Source: Marsupella aquatica
Lineage: Eukaryota; Plantae; Marchantiophyta
Direction of reading: 5' to 3'
Length of the DNA stretch: 64,000 nucleotides
Assembly: GCA_973895155.1 (NCBI GenBank)
Contig: OZ316893.1
Coordinates: 19,286,857-19,350,856, forward strand
Part shown: positions 14,794 through 27,129 of the stretch, piece by piece
How positions within the stretch are numbered: position 1 is the stretch's first letter
Layout: every line of letters begins with the position of its first letter
The notes under the pieces: generated by a model
Databases searched by the model: none
The model's input: only the letters and a program-made list of their open reading frames with translations
Told to the model about the DNA's origin: nothing
Program-made: the position numbers and the translations under genes

Positions 14794-17700
14794 ATGGCAG
14801 CAGACCATCAAAGCAAGAGGAAAAGGGAGCACGAAGCCAATGGTGTGGGGAATGGGGACGCGAAAGGGCCCCGGCTTGACGTTAATCACACCGATGGTAT
14901 TATCGATGGGAAATCTTCTGCTCCAGGGGTGAATTTGGCGTTACTGGAGGCTCTAGAGAATTCCGAAACCGTAGAAGTCGTAGACGTGAGAGCCCTGAAG
15001 AAGATGGTGCTATCATTCGAGCGGAAGCTTTGCAATAACCTTGAAGCTCGCATGAAATATATGGAACAACCGGACAAATTTTTGGATTCAGAAGTGGACT
15101 TAGATGAGGAGGTTAAGAAGCTACACGCGTTAGCTGCAGCACCGGATTTGTACCCGGAGCTCGTTCGTTTGAATGCGGTGTCCTCAATTTTGGGCCTTCT
15201 GAGTCACGAAAACACCGACATTGCCATAGGAGTAGTGAATCTTCTCAATGACCTTACGGACGAGGATGTCATAGGGGAGAGCGACGAGCCAGCTCTCGTT
15301 TTGGTTGACGCTCTGGTGGAGAATAACGCTCTGGAGCTGCTAATTCAGAACCTTGGTCGGTTGGATGAGGCAGACCCTGACGAAGCAGCGGCAGTTTTTA
15401 ATACCCTATCCATTGTAGAGAATATGATAGAAGTGAAGCCACAAGTTTCAGAGCTTGTCTGTGACAGAACTAAATTGTTGAGATGGCTTCTCACTAGGCT
15501 GAAGGTTCGTGAATTTGATAGCAACAAGCTTTACGCTAGTGAAATTTTGGCCATACTGGTCCTAAACAGTACGTCGAATCAAAGACGGCTTGGGCAGCTC
15601 AATGGCGTGGATACTATTTTACAGGCCGTGGCTATGTATAAATCTAGGGATCCAAAGACTAGCGAAGAAGAAGAAATGTTGGAGAACCTCTTTGATTGCC
15701 TGTGCAGCGTGGTTATGCCCGTGGAAAATAAAGAACGGTTTGTGAAGGCTGAGGGGGTGGAGCTTATGATCATTATTATGAAGCAAAAGAGGCTGGCTTA
15801 TGCCTCTGCTATGAAGGCTCTTGACTTTGCCATGACTAGATGCACGGCTGCCTGCGAACGGTTCGTCGATGTGCTGGGATTGAAAACACTTTTTGCCGCC
15901 TTCATGGGCAAGGTAAGCTATATTGATTTGCTTCGGTTTGTGCCCGATCCCCTGTAAGTGTGCTGGGTGTGCTTTCACTGTTGGGAAAGTTTGGGCATGT
16001 CGTACAGTAGATCACAAGCACTTACTTTGAGGTTATTTGGGGCCAAAATAATTGCTGCACGGGTATTTCCGAGACGATTCCCTTCGTGCGCCAAATTCTA
16101 AGAATAGCAATTCTTAAATTGTGGAGATGGAAGCGAATGAATTAGATGGAATCTTAGACCTCACATACTTATGTCCTAGAATGAGTGAATGAATGTTCTT
16201 TGGACTGGTAATATTGAGCCAGTCCGTTTCCCTGGGAATTCTGACGACGTTGGGAGTTGGGGAGACTGACATTGTTGCTACTGTTCATCAGGTTCCCGTG
16301 GTGAAATCTAGGAACAAGGGTGATCGGAATCCAGATGACATAGAAGAACGAGTCATTTCATTGATTTCCTCACTCTTTGGTAATGAACTTGAACTCAAGA
16401 AGTTGTATTATCTCCTTTCCCTGGTTTTGAGGCATTTGACCTGATTCGGGAGTGGTAGATTCGTCAGTTTGTGTCAATAACAATCAGTTCGATAGCTTTC
16501 TGAAGTTCTTGTTGGGCTACTCATTGATCAGGCGGTCTCACGCGAGGTTCCAGACGAGAACGGCTCCTAAGTAAATTTCAAGAGAGTGGGTCTGAGAAAA
16601 TAGATCGGCTAATGGAACTTTATATGAGGTATATCCATCTGAGAAGTGGTGATCGTCTAACCATTTTGCTAGCGTCTTAGAAACGGGAACTACCACAAAG
16701 TTGCATACAGTTATGGGGACGGTAGATTAACTCCCAATTTTGTGTTTTCCCCAGTGGCTGAACTGGAAGGGCGAAGATACGGTTTCCTAAAGTTTTACTC
16801 GAACGTCTCTTGTCATTTCTTTGATGCAGGTCGCATTCTTGTTGTTGTCCTCATGATATCGTTCACTGTCCAGTTGGACAAGTGAAGATGTTCTAATTGT
16901 TTTTTTTCTCTTGGTTGTTGTAGATACTCAGAACGCGTGAAAGCTGAAAGCAAACGCCTTGACGCCCAGCAAATGGAAGATGTGGAGGTTAGTTCGTCTT
17001 TCTCTTCACGTGGTGAATTGAATGTCATTTGCCAGGGACAAAGGCAGGCTTTCAACTTGATGATTGACCTCTGATCCGGGGATAGTACTACCTATAAATC
17101 TGAAGTTGATGATCATCTAAAGTACTCGAATGTCGCAGCTTGATGACGAAGATAAATATCTGGCTAAATTGGAGGCTGGTCTTTTCACTCTTCAGGTGAC
17201 TACACATTGAGCTCCAGTTTTGTTGTCTGGACATATAAAGACAAGCTATACTAGACGCAACATGTTAAAACTCAGAATGTTCCCAGTATCAACATTCAAG
17301 CAAATCTCCCCAACTGGCCTTTGCTTTCACTTTGAATGGCATGTGTTGATGAGAATTTTGTGAGTGGAGAGGTTAAGTTGGACTATCCTTACAAATTTTG
17401 AAGATTTCACAAACATTTCCTGATTCTTTCTGTGTCCTGCTTCCTAATCTAAGCGCTGTAAAATTGTTGTAAATGTGTGACAGCTGCTAGCACTGATTTT
17501 GGCTAATTTGTGGTCCTCAGAGTAAGTAGTGGCACATCCCTGACCTACTCTCCTTGCCAACTGAGTGATCTACCTGCCAGTGTATGGATGTCAGTGACAC
17601 TCGTATCATGTGTTTCGGCAAGTTTCATCAGTAAGGGATGTTCATTCGGGAATCCTCTTAACTATTGTTTAATGTGTATGGGAGCTGAGCACTTTAGTTT

Positions 17701-18261
17701 AGTGCCAAAGCTTACACAAAACTCCAATGCCGGTCGATTGTATCTGACAGGCACACAGGTATGCAAGAGCGAATAGAGCTTCTTCTGAAGCAGCACCGGA
17801 TGTCAAGAGATGATGTGAAAGGTGTTCTTCAGGTGGGATAAAATCTGTGCAAGGTCGTGTGCATTTAGTTGGTGCAATTGAAGTTGGGATACGTGATGAA
17901 CAAAACCCTTGCACTTATTTTCTTTCGGTTTTCGTGTCAGTGGAACATTTCCCTTGCGTAAGGAGTCGAACCGCTCAAAGTTCCACGTCATGAGAACACT
18001 ACCAGATTGTGATATCAGCTGTAACGGTTTCTACGTCATTATTTTTTATTTTGTCGTGGTGGATTGTGTGAAAACATGAGTTGCTGTCAAATGAATGAAG
18101 TACGTCTATGTCTATCATTGTTGTATGGTTCTCTGATATTTATCGTTCAATTTTTATTGCAGGAATATTTGGATAATATCGGAGATTTGGATGGCCCAGA
18201 AGAGAAAGAAAGGCGTTGTAGCAAAATTCAAAAGCTCTTAACCAGTTTGGGAAGTTTCTAG
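14794..18261 (+). CDS. CTNNBL1: Beta-catenin-like protein 1 (Prp19/CDC5L spliceosomal complex subunit), 8 exons, ~547 aa
   Basis: Exons 14794-15912, 16292-16379, 16532-16628, 16924-16987, 17139-17195, 17484-17521, 17751-17832, 18163-18261 (1644 nt, GT-AG, phases consistent). Motifs PDKFLDSEVDLDEE, LLSHENTDIA, NKLYASEILAIL, EEMLENLFDCLC, FVKAEGVELM, EKIDRLMELY, YLAKLEAGLFTLQ. Confidence 0.96.
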
Positions 18262-19431
18262 GCCGTGACTTATTTCTGTATATAAAGATTTTGTAGGAAT
18301 TGCCAGCTGTTGGTAATGTGAAGAAAATGTTGCTTCATCAGTTCTGGGTGAAGGCTGTTGCAATGTGACGCACACGCATATGGCCTAGTCCATCGAAGCC
18401 TCGGGGAAGTTAAGTGCCATGACGTTAAGTGCCTTCATCTGTGAAGGACATAGCAAGAAGGATATCAGCATCTCCATTTTTTAAGGCTCTCGCACTGGCC
18501 AGGAGTTTATTGGATTCTGCGTACTTCGTGGCGAGCTCCATGACGGAGAAAATTTTAGTGGAGGTCTCATAATCCCCGCATATTGTAATTTCCCACAAAG
18601 TAATTGGAAGGGCTGTCGAAAACAAAGGGAGCTTCTGCGAGATTGATATCTGTCGTAAGTGGTTTTAGATTTTAGAAGTTTTGAATGGTTGAGCCGTGAG
18701 AGCTCAAAGAGTGCGGGCAAGGATGTCTGACCTTGGATGGGGCGGTTGCAAGTGATGTATAAATCATTAATTCACATGACTGCAGTGTAACTTGTTTATT
18801 GGATCAGGAATGTATGGTATATGTGATCAAGAATGCGGGCATATCTGGTGGATAACCAAGGGTAAGGACCAGAACATTTCGAGCCCTTGAGGTCCGTAAC
18901 CTTAGAATTGAATAAAACCAGAGAAAGAAGCAAAGTTCACGACTTCACACTGGTAGATTATGTGCAGAATGGAAACCCAATTTTTGGTGACAATTTTGGA
19001 GTGCTAAGGGCCGCAAAAGAAAGGGCTCTGTGCAAGCAAGACGGACCCGGCCCTTATTAGCGTCTCTTCGCCTCGTCCTTGCTCTGCTATTTTTCTGGAA
19101 TAAATGTTTTTTGGGGGAATAAATAAATAGTATTTGGCGTTTTTCTGGAATATGATCTTACTGGGACGGCACTACTTTAGAAGTCGATCATTCTGATCCT
19201 CGTGGACTGTAGAACAAGAAACGAAACGAACGACACGACCGCAATCGCGATCGCAATCCACTGACCTTATCCTCTTGCCCGTTTATCAACGCGGTACAGG
19301 ACAATACCGTACTCGACTGTGACTCTCCGGACACACAGGAGCCGTCAGCTTGCTGTCAAAATGTCAGAAACACTCTCAAGAACCAACATAATGTCAAATC
19401 GGGCCCTTTCTTTCACTTCCGAGCCACACTC

Positions 19432-20030
19432 ATGGGGCAAGAGCGGGGGCAAGAGGAACCAAGTGTCACATGGGGCCCTAAACTCTTCCTGAATATTTTT
19501 TGTATGTGTGTACAAAGTTATGAGGCATTGGATGTGTGTACAAGGGGCAAGAGGAACCAAGTGTCAATGGGGCAAGAGGGAGGGGGGCGCAAGAGGAACC
19601 AAGTGTCAAATGGGGCCGTAAACTCTTCCTGAATATATTCTGTGTATGTGTACAAGGTTATGAGGCATTGTATGTGTGTGCAAGGTGCAGGAAACTCTTC
19701 CTGAATCCTTTGTATGTGTGTACAAAGTTATGAGGCATTACCCCTGGAAGCCACTCAACCCTTGGACCAGCCTGGCTTGAGGATTATGAAATTTGAATGA
19801 GAAATAGAGTAAAGTGCAAGTGGCAGACAGTGATGGATCAGACTGAATTGTTGTGTATGTGTGTACAAGGTTATGACGCATAGAATGTGTGTACAAGGGG
19901 CAAGAGCGGGGGCAAGAGGAACCAAGTGTCAAATGGGGCCCCTAAACTCTTCCTGAATATATTTTATGTATGTGTACAAAGTTATGAGGCATTACCCCTG
20001 GAAGCCACTCAACCCTTGGACCAGCCCTCA
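19432..20030. repeat. Complex tandem repeat of short interleaved modules
   Basis: Recurrent GCAAGAGGAACCAAGTGTCA (~19450, 19548, 19589, 19911), AAACTCTTCCTGAAT...TGTATGTGTGTACAA.GTTATGAGGCATT (4 copies) and ACCCCTGGAAGCCACTCAACCCTTGGACCAGCC (19740, ~19994). Confidence 0.85.
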
Positions 20031-20699
20031 ACCTGACTCATGGCATCACATATGTGAGCGAGTGAAAGATGCTTGAACTCCCTCCCTTGCCTGGCCTGAT
20101 GGCAAAATATTAGGAATTACAAAAGTTAAGCTTGAACTCCCTCCCTTGCCTTGCCTGATGGCAAACAATTAGGAGTTTCAACAGTTGCAATTGGCTTTCC
20201 AAGAACTTGTGGTCCTAAATGTAGTGTTCACCCAGTCTGCATTGGTCCTGAATATATTGTTCACCCAGTCTACATGGCTAGCAGTGGGATCATATATATG
20301 TTGATATGAGTGTTTATTTTGTCTAGAATTCTAAACATTTTCAAACTTTGGCAACTGAAGTAGGATGGCCCTCTTGCCACAGAAAATACAACAGTGTGTG
20401 GATGCATCTCTCCTGGCTTGTGTGCTGCAGCTCTCAATGCCCCACTTGAACAATGAGTGTGGTGGGAATCTAGGCCGGGTGCACAATGCTGTGGAATCCT
20501 AAATCACCACTCACCTCACCACTCACTCATTTACCAAACCGATGCATGTAGAGAGAGTGGTGTGAATGCTCTTACTATTGACAATATTGTGCAATTACAA
20601 CTTTGGGCTAGTTCCACTGTAACTTAGCTATATAATCAGGATAGAAATGTATTCTCCAAGGCATTTTTGTCTAGAGTGAAACCTCTAGAATCCTCTAGA

Positions 20700-21900
20700 A
20701 TGTGACTCTAGGATGTGATTGAACTTGTGGGTGCAGGTGGACTACAACAGTTGGGAGCAGAGTGAGTCTATGCAAATGGCCATTGGCATCAGTTGCCTAA
20801 TCAGACAAATGACCATTGGTTTGAATGTACTCATCTCCATTTACCCTGAAATGACAACCTCTAGACCTTGACTCTAGCTCACAATTGAACTTGTGGGTGC
20901 AAGTGGAAAACAAGAATTAGGGGTAGGGTGAGCCTGTGCAAATGGCCATTGGAAATCAAATGCTTATCATGAAATGGCAACTGACTTGAATGTACTCACT
21001 GTAAGAAAACGTCAGCTTAGACTAGACAGCAAATGTGGAACATGAGAGCACACTTAATCAGACGCTACACCTACAAGACACCACGAGTGGAGAAAATCTT
21101 GAAGTATCTATCACATATGAGAGTACATGTGAAGAATGAGGAAGATAATGTTCTCTCTCTAACCTATTCCCCCCAAGGGAGACAAAGATGTCTGGACCTA
21201 AACTAAGTGGATCTTATCATAATCTAACCAAGGTTGACTAAACCTAGTAAGGCCAAACTAACTATAGCCAGAAACTCAAGTTAATGTTTAACAATCACCT
21301 CCATTTACCCCAAAATGACAATCTATAACCGTGACTCTAGACGTAATTGAAGTTGTGGGTGTGAGTGCACAACAAGAATTGGGGGCAGGGTGAGTCTATG
21401 CAAATGCCATTTGAGATCAATTCCCTAATCACCTAAATGGCAATTGGCTTGTATATACTCACCTCCATTTACTCTGAAATGACAATCTGTGGATCGTGAG
21501 ACGTAATTGAAGTTGTGGGTGCAAGTGGAAAACAAGAATTGGGGGCAAGGTGAGTCTTTGCAAATGGCCATTGGAGATCACTTGCCTAAACCCAAATGGC
21601 AACTGGCTTGGATGTATTCACCTCATTTACCCTAATATGACAACCTCTAGACGGTGAGACATAGTTGAAGTTGTAGGTGCAAGTGAAGAACATGAAGTGG
21701 GGGCAGGGTGAGTCTTTGCAAATGGCCATTGGAGATCAATTGTGGAATCACTTAAATGGACCTAAATGGCCATTGGATATCAATTGTGGAATCACTTAAA
21801 TGGCCATTGGAGATCAAGTTCCTAATCATCCAAATGGCAACGGGCTTGAATGCACTCACCTCCATTTATGCTGAAATAACAACTTGTTTGAATGTACTCA
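20700..21900. repeat. ~160-166-bp tandem repeat array (at least 5 units), interrupted by a solo LTR
   Basis: Anchor GAA(C/G)TTGT(G/A)GGTG at 20721, 20887, 21349, 21509, 21667; spacings 166, 462 (163 plus 299 inserted), 160, 158; units share GGTGAGTCT.TGCAAATGGCCATTGG and TGTACTCACCTCCATTTACC. Confidence 0.9.
21000..21293. mobile_element. Solo LTR (294 bp, TG...CA), probably Ty1/copia
   Basis: TGTAAGAAAACG...GTTTAACA flanked by CTCAC/ATCAC (4/5 TSD); homologous to 39828-40126 (shared CATATGAGAGTA.ATGTGAAGAATGAGG and CCTAGTAAGGCCAAA); its removal restores the period of the host array. Confidence 0.85.
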
Positions 21901-21953
21901 CCTCTAGTATTAAAAGTTGACAGAAACAGAGTTGAAGGAACAGGCAATGAGGC

Positions 21954-22169
21954 TACCGTCTTCCCCTGAATACAAGGCGCGGGCGCTATATTTGAATAGT
22001 GAGCCAAGGGGTGCTCTATTAGAATATAGCGCCTGGGCGCTGTGTTCGAGTTTGAAGTCAATGTTTCCATTTTTTAACAATCACCTCCAAATTTTTCCAA
22101 GGAATGTTGTCATTTTTTGGACTTGTGGCGCTGTGTTCAAAATGTGGCATTGTGTTCAAATTTAAGGTA
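21954..22169. mobile_element. Possible degenerate Tc1/mariner-pogo-type MITE
   Basis: Ends TACCGT...TAAGGTA; internal inverted repeat GGCGCTATATTTGAATAG / CTATTAGAATATAGCGCC; repeated GCGCTGTGTTC(G/A)A motifs. TIRs poorly conserved. Confidence 0.35.
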
Positions 22170-23659
22170 ATGTGCTTGAATTTTGGCATTGTGAGATTCG
22201 TGTAAAGTGTAAGTAGGAATGATAGGCATAGAAGTTATGTGTATTAGAGAGGAGTGTGTTCAAGTTTTGGTTTTTTGACTTCCCAACAATATTTGCTCAG
22301 TCAAAGGATGTGTAGCTAAATAATTGAACCACTGAAATTACACAAGGGGAGAAATCAAATTTGCAATAGAAAACAAAACCTGACAAACCATACCTACCAA
22401 GTGTACTATTATCAGTTAGTAAAACATATTTGTCCACTTTTCACAGTTGTTTGGTTTACTGTGGCCAATTTGCTCATTTCTATAATTATTTAATCTTTCT
22501 TCATGCAGTCTGGAATGTTCGTGAGACTGCTTTGTTTCTATTGGAGTGCCTTGATCTTGAAGGCAATGGAAAATTGAAAATAGAGAAAGTGAGTAGTCAG
22601 ACCTAATTGTGCACATAAGTACTATGGGTTTCTTGGACGAGACACCATGGCATCAGTTAGAGGTTGATGTGAAAGTCTGTCAAAAGTTCACACAGCAAAA
22701 CAATATATCAATACTTCCAGATTGCTGTTTAACATTTTGGAAACAGCGCACACTTTTCCGAGAATGAAGGATTTTGAAATTAACTTACATTTCTCAAAGG
22801 ACGATGAATTTCCTAAGTTGAAAGGGCTGATGTGTGGGACTATTTTAAAGTAACTTATAGTAGTTGCAACTTTCTCCTATAGTCACTTGAATGTGCACAT
22901 TTTTGAACACAAAGTCAATTTCGAACACAACTTCCGGGGAGCTGTGTTAATATGGGGCGTGAGTGAAAACCTCTTTTTTGCCTAAAGTCCCTTTTGACGA
23001 TATTCTAACAGCTTCCGGGCTTTGTGTTAGGGGAAGATTGTTTAACCCAAATACAATTTTAACTTTTTCTCATGAATCTGGTCATCCTACGGAATGCTGT
23101 TTGCGTTTATTATGCGGCATACGGTTACGATAAGCACACGAGAGACGAACTCCGAGTACAAGAGTCATTTGGCAGCGAGAGACGAGCATCGAGAGGCGAG
23201 TAGTCGTCGAAAGGGAAAAAAGGTAAGCGTGGCTCACGTCCCAGGACATTTCCGTTGCTGGCTTGCGAGGAGAAGAGATAAGATTGCCCTCATAGAGCTG
23301 GAGATGTGGGGATTCCATCGAAGAAATTTCGGAGAGAAATCTCTGAGAGTGAAGTTTGATAGAGCTGAAGATGTAGGGATTTCAACGGAAAAATTTCAGA
23401 GTGGTGGAAAAGTAAGCTGCATGCAGTCCTGAGCGAAGAATTATATGTGTGGAAAGGAGGGTGAAGATTAATGGATGCTGTAGGAGCGGAGAGAGGACGA
23501 AGCGGAGGGAAGATAGTTTTGAGGAAATAGAGCAATACCTTCTACAAGCGTAGATTGGAATTCCCCAACCTATGAGGAACGTAGCCCCTGGTAGATTGGT
23601 TCTAAAGAGCGATTGCTGCCGATTTTTTGACAGGTGAAGGAGCGAAGAATAGCTAAGAA

Positions 23660-26600
23660 ATGGCAGCCACAGTGCTAGCAGTCAAATATGTTACGGTGGA
23701 TGCCAGACAATTGGCATCCTGTTCATTGAAACGCAGCGGACGGTCACAGGCGACAGCCCCTTTTCTGCCTGTCGCTGCCAAGTCTTCTTTCACCGGAGCG
23801 CAGCTGCGGATCTCCACAGCCCAAACTTCCTGCAGCGGAAGAGCTTCGCATGTACCCCTTGTTAGAAATGCAGTCTCAGTGGACCAAAAGACCGACCAAA
23901 CGGAGGAAGTGGGCGCCCTGAACATCGCCGAAGACGTCACTGAGGTATTCTTAAAAGATTTGCTCTTTCTCTCTCTCGCGGCCAGTGAAGAGTAAACAGT
24001 CCTCACCGTCATCTCCGATTTTCGTAAAGTTCGTGATCTTTTGCTTGGATTGGTACGTTTGAATTTACATCTTTGGAGCGAACGTGGAATTCGTTTCGAG
24101 CACAGCAGCTTTTATTAGCAAGGTGCCGTTGCTTGTTTTGTTCTTGGAAAGAGGTATGGCCTACGCAGTGATTTTCCCAAAATCCTGAGATACTGTTTAC
24201 GGTGCGGATCCTAGTTCTATACTAGGTATCTCCGGTGATAATGTCGCTTGAAATACTTAGTTCAACTCGTTCGTGTTTGTCTCTGGAAATGTTGTGTTCA
24301 GTTCTTCTGCTGATTGTGTAAACCTTCAGTAATAGGGCAATTTAGTTCCTCCTAGCTCTTACTACATTGATGCGCTGTGCTCGAATCAGCTTATCGGTAA
24401 TACGCCCATGGTCTTCCTGAATTCTGTCACGGAAGGGTGTGGGGCCAGAATTGCGGCTAAGCTGGAGATTATGGAGCCATGCTGCAGTGTTAAAGATCGG
24501 TAAGTTTCAGTTCCTATTCTGGGCTCCTCATGACCTTTATTGCAAGTTTGATAACATGTGAAGAAGAGCGACTGGTGTGCTTGTATTCTGTATTGAGGCG
24601 CTCTTTAGAACATTAACGAATTGAATTTTAAGTGCAGAATTGGGAAAAGCATGATCGCTGACGCAGAGGCGAATGGCAAAATAACTCCGGGAAAGGTAAT
24701 GCCCGGCCTTGTTTGATTTAAGACAAATCTTGCTGGAAGACGTTATAAATTGTTTTAACTGATATCAACAATAGGGGTCTTTAGTTGGAATTCCAGTTTT
24801 TGAACTAGCCCCGAGTTTTTCTAATCACTCTCGATGGGATGTCTGCAGAGCATTCTAGTGGAACCAACCAGTGGGAACACAGGAATCGGCCTTGCTTTCA
24901 TTGCTGCAGCCAAAGGGTACCAGCTCATACTGACAATGCCCGCCTCAATGAGTCTGGAGCGGCGTATTCTTCTCAGGGCATTTGGGGCTGAGCTGATCTT
25001 GACAGACCCGGCTAAGGGCATGAAAGGTGCTGTCCAGAAAGCAGAGGAAATCGTGAAGAAGACACCGAATTCTTACATGCTCCAGCAGTTTGATAATCCT
25101 GCTAACCCGAAGGTGCGTATTCTCGTCTTGTATGGCTCCACCTTCAGTGGAGCGAAAGTGTACGATGTCGGACCTGCTATTCAGGCTCGTGGGGACCGTG
25201 GGAAGAATGGATTCGGAAGTTTGGCTCGGGCATATCACACTTTCTATTTTCGTGAGAAACTGCCTATTCTAGCATAGCTGTGGATCTGGGTGTAATGGAA
25301 CAAGCACAATGCAGATTGAATTCAGTTCCTTTTATTTGGTATATACAAATCGGGTATCACTTTTGGCTCATCGTCTACTCATGCGAGGCAATACCTGCAG
25401 GTTCATTTTGAGACTACAGGCCCTGAAATTTGGGAAGACACTGCTGGGAAAGTAGATATTCTAATTTCTGGAATCGGTACCGGTGGAACTGTGACTGGCG
25501 TTGGGAGGTTCTTAAAGAGCAAGAACCCTAATGTCAAGGTTAGACGTTTTCTTTGATGAGCTCACATTCAAAACTAATGCATAGTAGCAAACAAGTCAAC
25601 CAGTATATTGAGTGTAGTGTTCCAGTTTCTTGTGATGTATGCTTCCAGCATTCTTCTGTGTCAGTACACACCAAGAAACCAATGTTCACCCCATGTTAGC
25701 ATCGAAGTATGTCAAACCTACGTTCGAGTCGTTTGCAGTTAGATCCATTATGGAGATCGTTCTTAAAGAGACTCGTTGGCCACGAAGTTGCTACTTAAGA
25801 CGTTCAGGTAATTTAGCTTTTATCCGATGTTTTTGTGCAGATTGTTGGTGTTGAGCCTAGTGAAAGTAGCATTCTATCTGGAGGCAAACCAGGTGAGCAC
25901 TGAAAGCCAGAAATTAGAAGTGATTAGTCCGATGCCAGGCATCACTGTCATCCTATCTTTGTCGAGACTGTATCCTATCACTGTCATCCTATCACTGTAT
26001 GGAGACTTATTCTTCCGTCTGGTCAGTTTTTCCCACTTTTCAGTCGATTTTTGTCTGCCTAAGCTCATGAGGTAGCAGCAATGACTTTACCAGCAGCTGA
26101 TTGTAAAGTGCTAATTCTTCGTGGTATCAGGTGCTCATAAAATCCAAGGCATTGGTGCCGGCTTCATTCCCAGCATCTTAGATGTTGAGATTCTGGACGA
26201 GATTATGCAGGTAATTGTCTATTGTATTTCTGTCCTTTGTTAGTCTGTTTGAGGTACAGAAAAGTGGGCTGTTCCAATTTAAGATCTTTCAACTGAGGAT
26301 CTGTATGAACCCTAACCCCTAAAGTCCGGAACAACTTCGCATCTACCTTTGCTTGTTCTCAGATAATTTGTATTTGGAGCATTATTCGGGCTGAAACTCG
26401 TGGTTGAGACACTCAGCATTGCCATCTAACGTTTGGACACAGCTTATTTGAGTTTTGTTTCACCAGCAGATTCCTGACTACATAATTAATGTGCTACTGT
26501 GTAGATTTCCAGCGCCGAAGCTGTTGAGATGGCAAAGACCATGGCATTGAAGGAAGGGTTACTGGTATGTGCCATAACCAACCACAGAATTCACATTTGA

Positions 26601-27129
26601 TGTCGTGGTTCAAGTGTGGCCATGCAGTTTCCCTCGAGTATCATTACACAGAGATAGAGATGTGTAGATCTCCTACAATTTCCTTCGTTCTATAGTTCGG
26701 CTTTGCTTGAGGTCTATTGTTACTGACATTGGATGCATTTGTATGCAGGTGGGTATATCTTCAGGAGCGGCCACTGCAGCAGCAATTAAAGTCGCTAAGA
26801 GACCAGAAAACAAGGGCAAATTGGTTGTGGTGAGTTTGGATTTTTCGATTTAGTGTCCTTTGTGGAGACTGTTGTGCTGAAGTTGAGTTTTGCGTTAAAT
26901 ATTCAAGAATCGAATATTTAATACTTTATCCAGTCGGTCTGGCAGAAGAAAGCCGTTGTGAATCACATCACAATCTTTCTCATTCTCAAACATCAAATAT
27001 AACAGTAGTCATTGCTTGGTGTTTTTGATTTTGCAGGTCATTCTGCCCAGTTTTGGAGAGAGGTACCTTTCTTCTGTGCTGTTCCAATCGATTAGGGAAG
27101 AAGCTGAGAAGATGCAGCCTGAGCCCTGA
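23660..27129 (+). CDS. OASTL: Cysteine synthase / O-acetylserine(thiol)lyase, organellar (N-terminal transit peptide), 10 exons, ~406 aa
   Basis: Exons 23660-23944, 24390-24499, 24638-24695, 24849-25112, 25401-25538, 25841-25892, 26131-26210, 26505-26564, 26749-26829, 27037-27129 (1221 nt). [11 protein letters not shown]-lysine motif [53 protein letters not shown]; S/A/R-rich N-terminal extension. Confidence 0.97.

Noticed and set aside
14183-14932. 249-aa ORF overlapping the CTNNBL1 5' region
   Set aside because: Non-ATG start, S/L-rich composition typical of a CT-rich leader or intron read-through, out of frame with CTNNBL1, no recognisable domain.
18425-18720. Minus-strand ORFs just downstream of CTNNBL1
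   Set aside because: Non-ATG starts, short, no recognised homology; probably antisense to the 3' UTR.
19432-20030. CRISPR-like repeat-spacer appearance
   Set aside because: The intervening sequences are themselves repeated, spacing is irregular, there are no cas genes, and the context is eukaryotic.
23094-23432. 112-aa ORF upstream of cysteine synthase as a second dicistronic candidate
   Set aside because: No recognisable family motif, unlike the SMIM8-like ORF; lies in a purine-rich promoter/leader region and is probably a chance frame.
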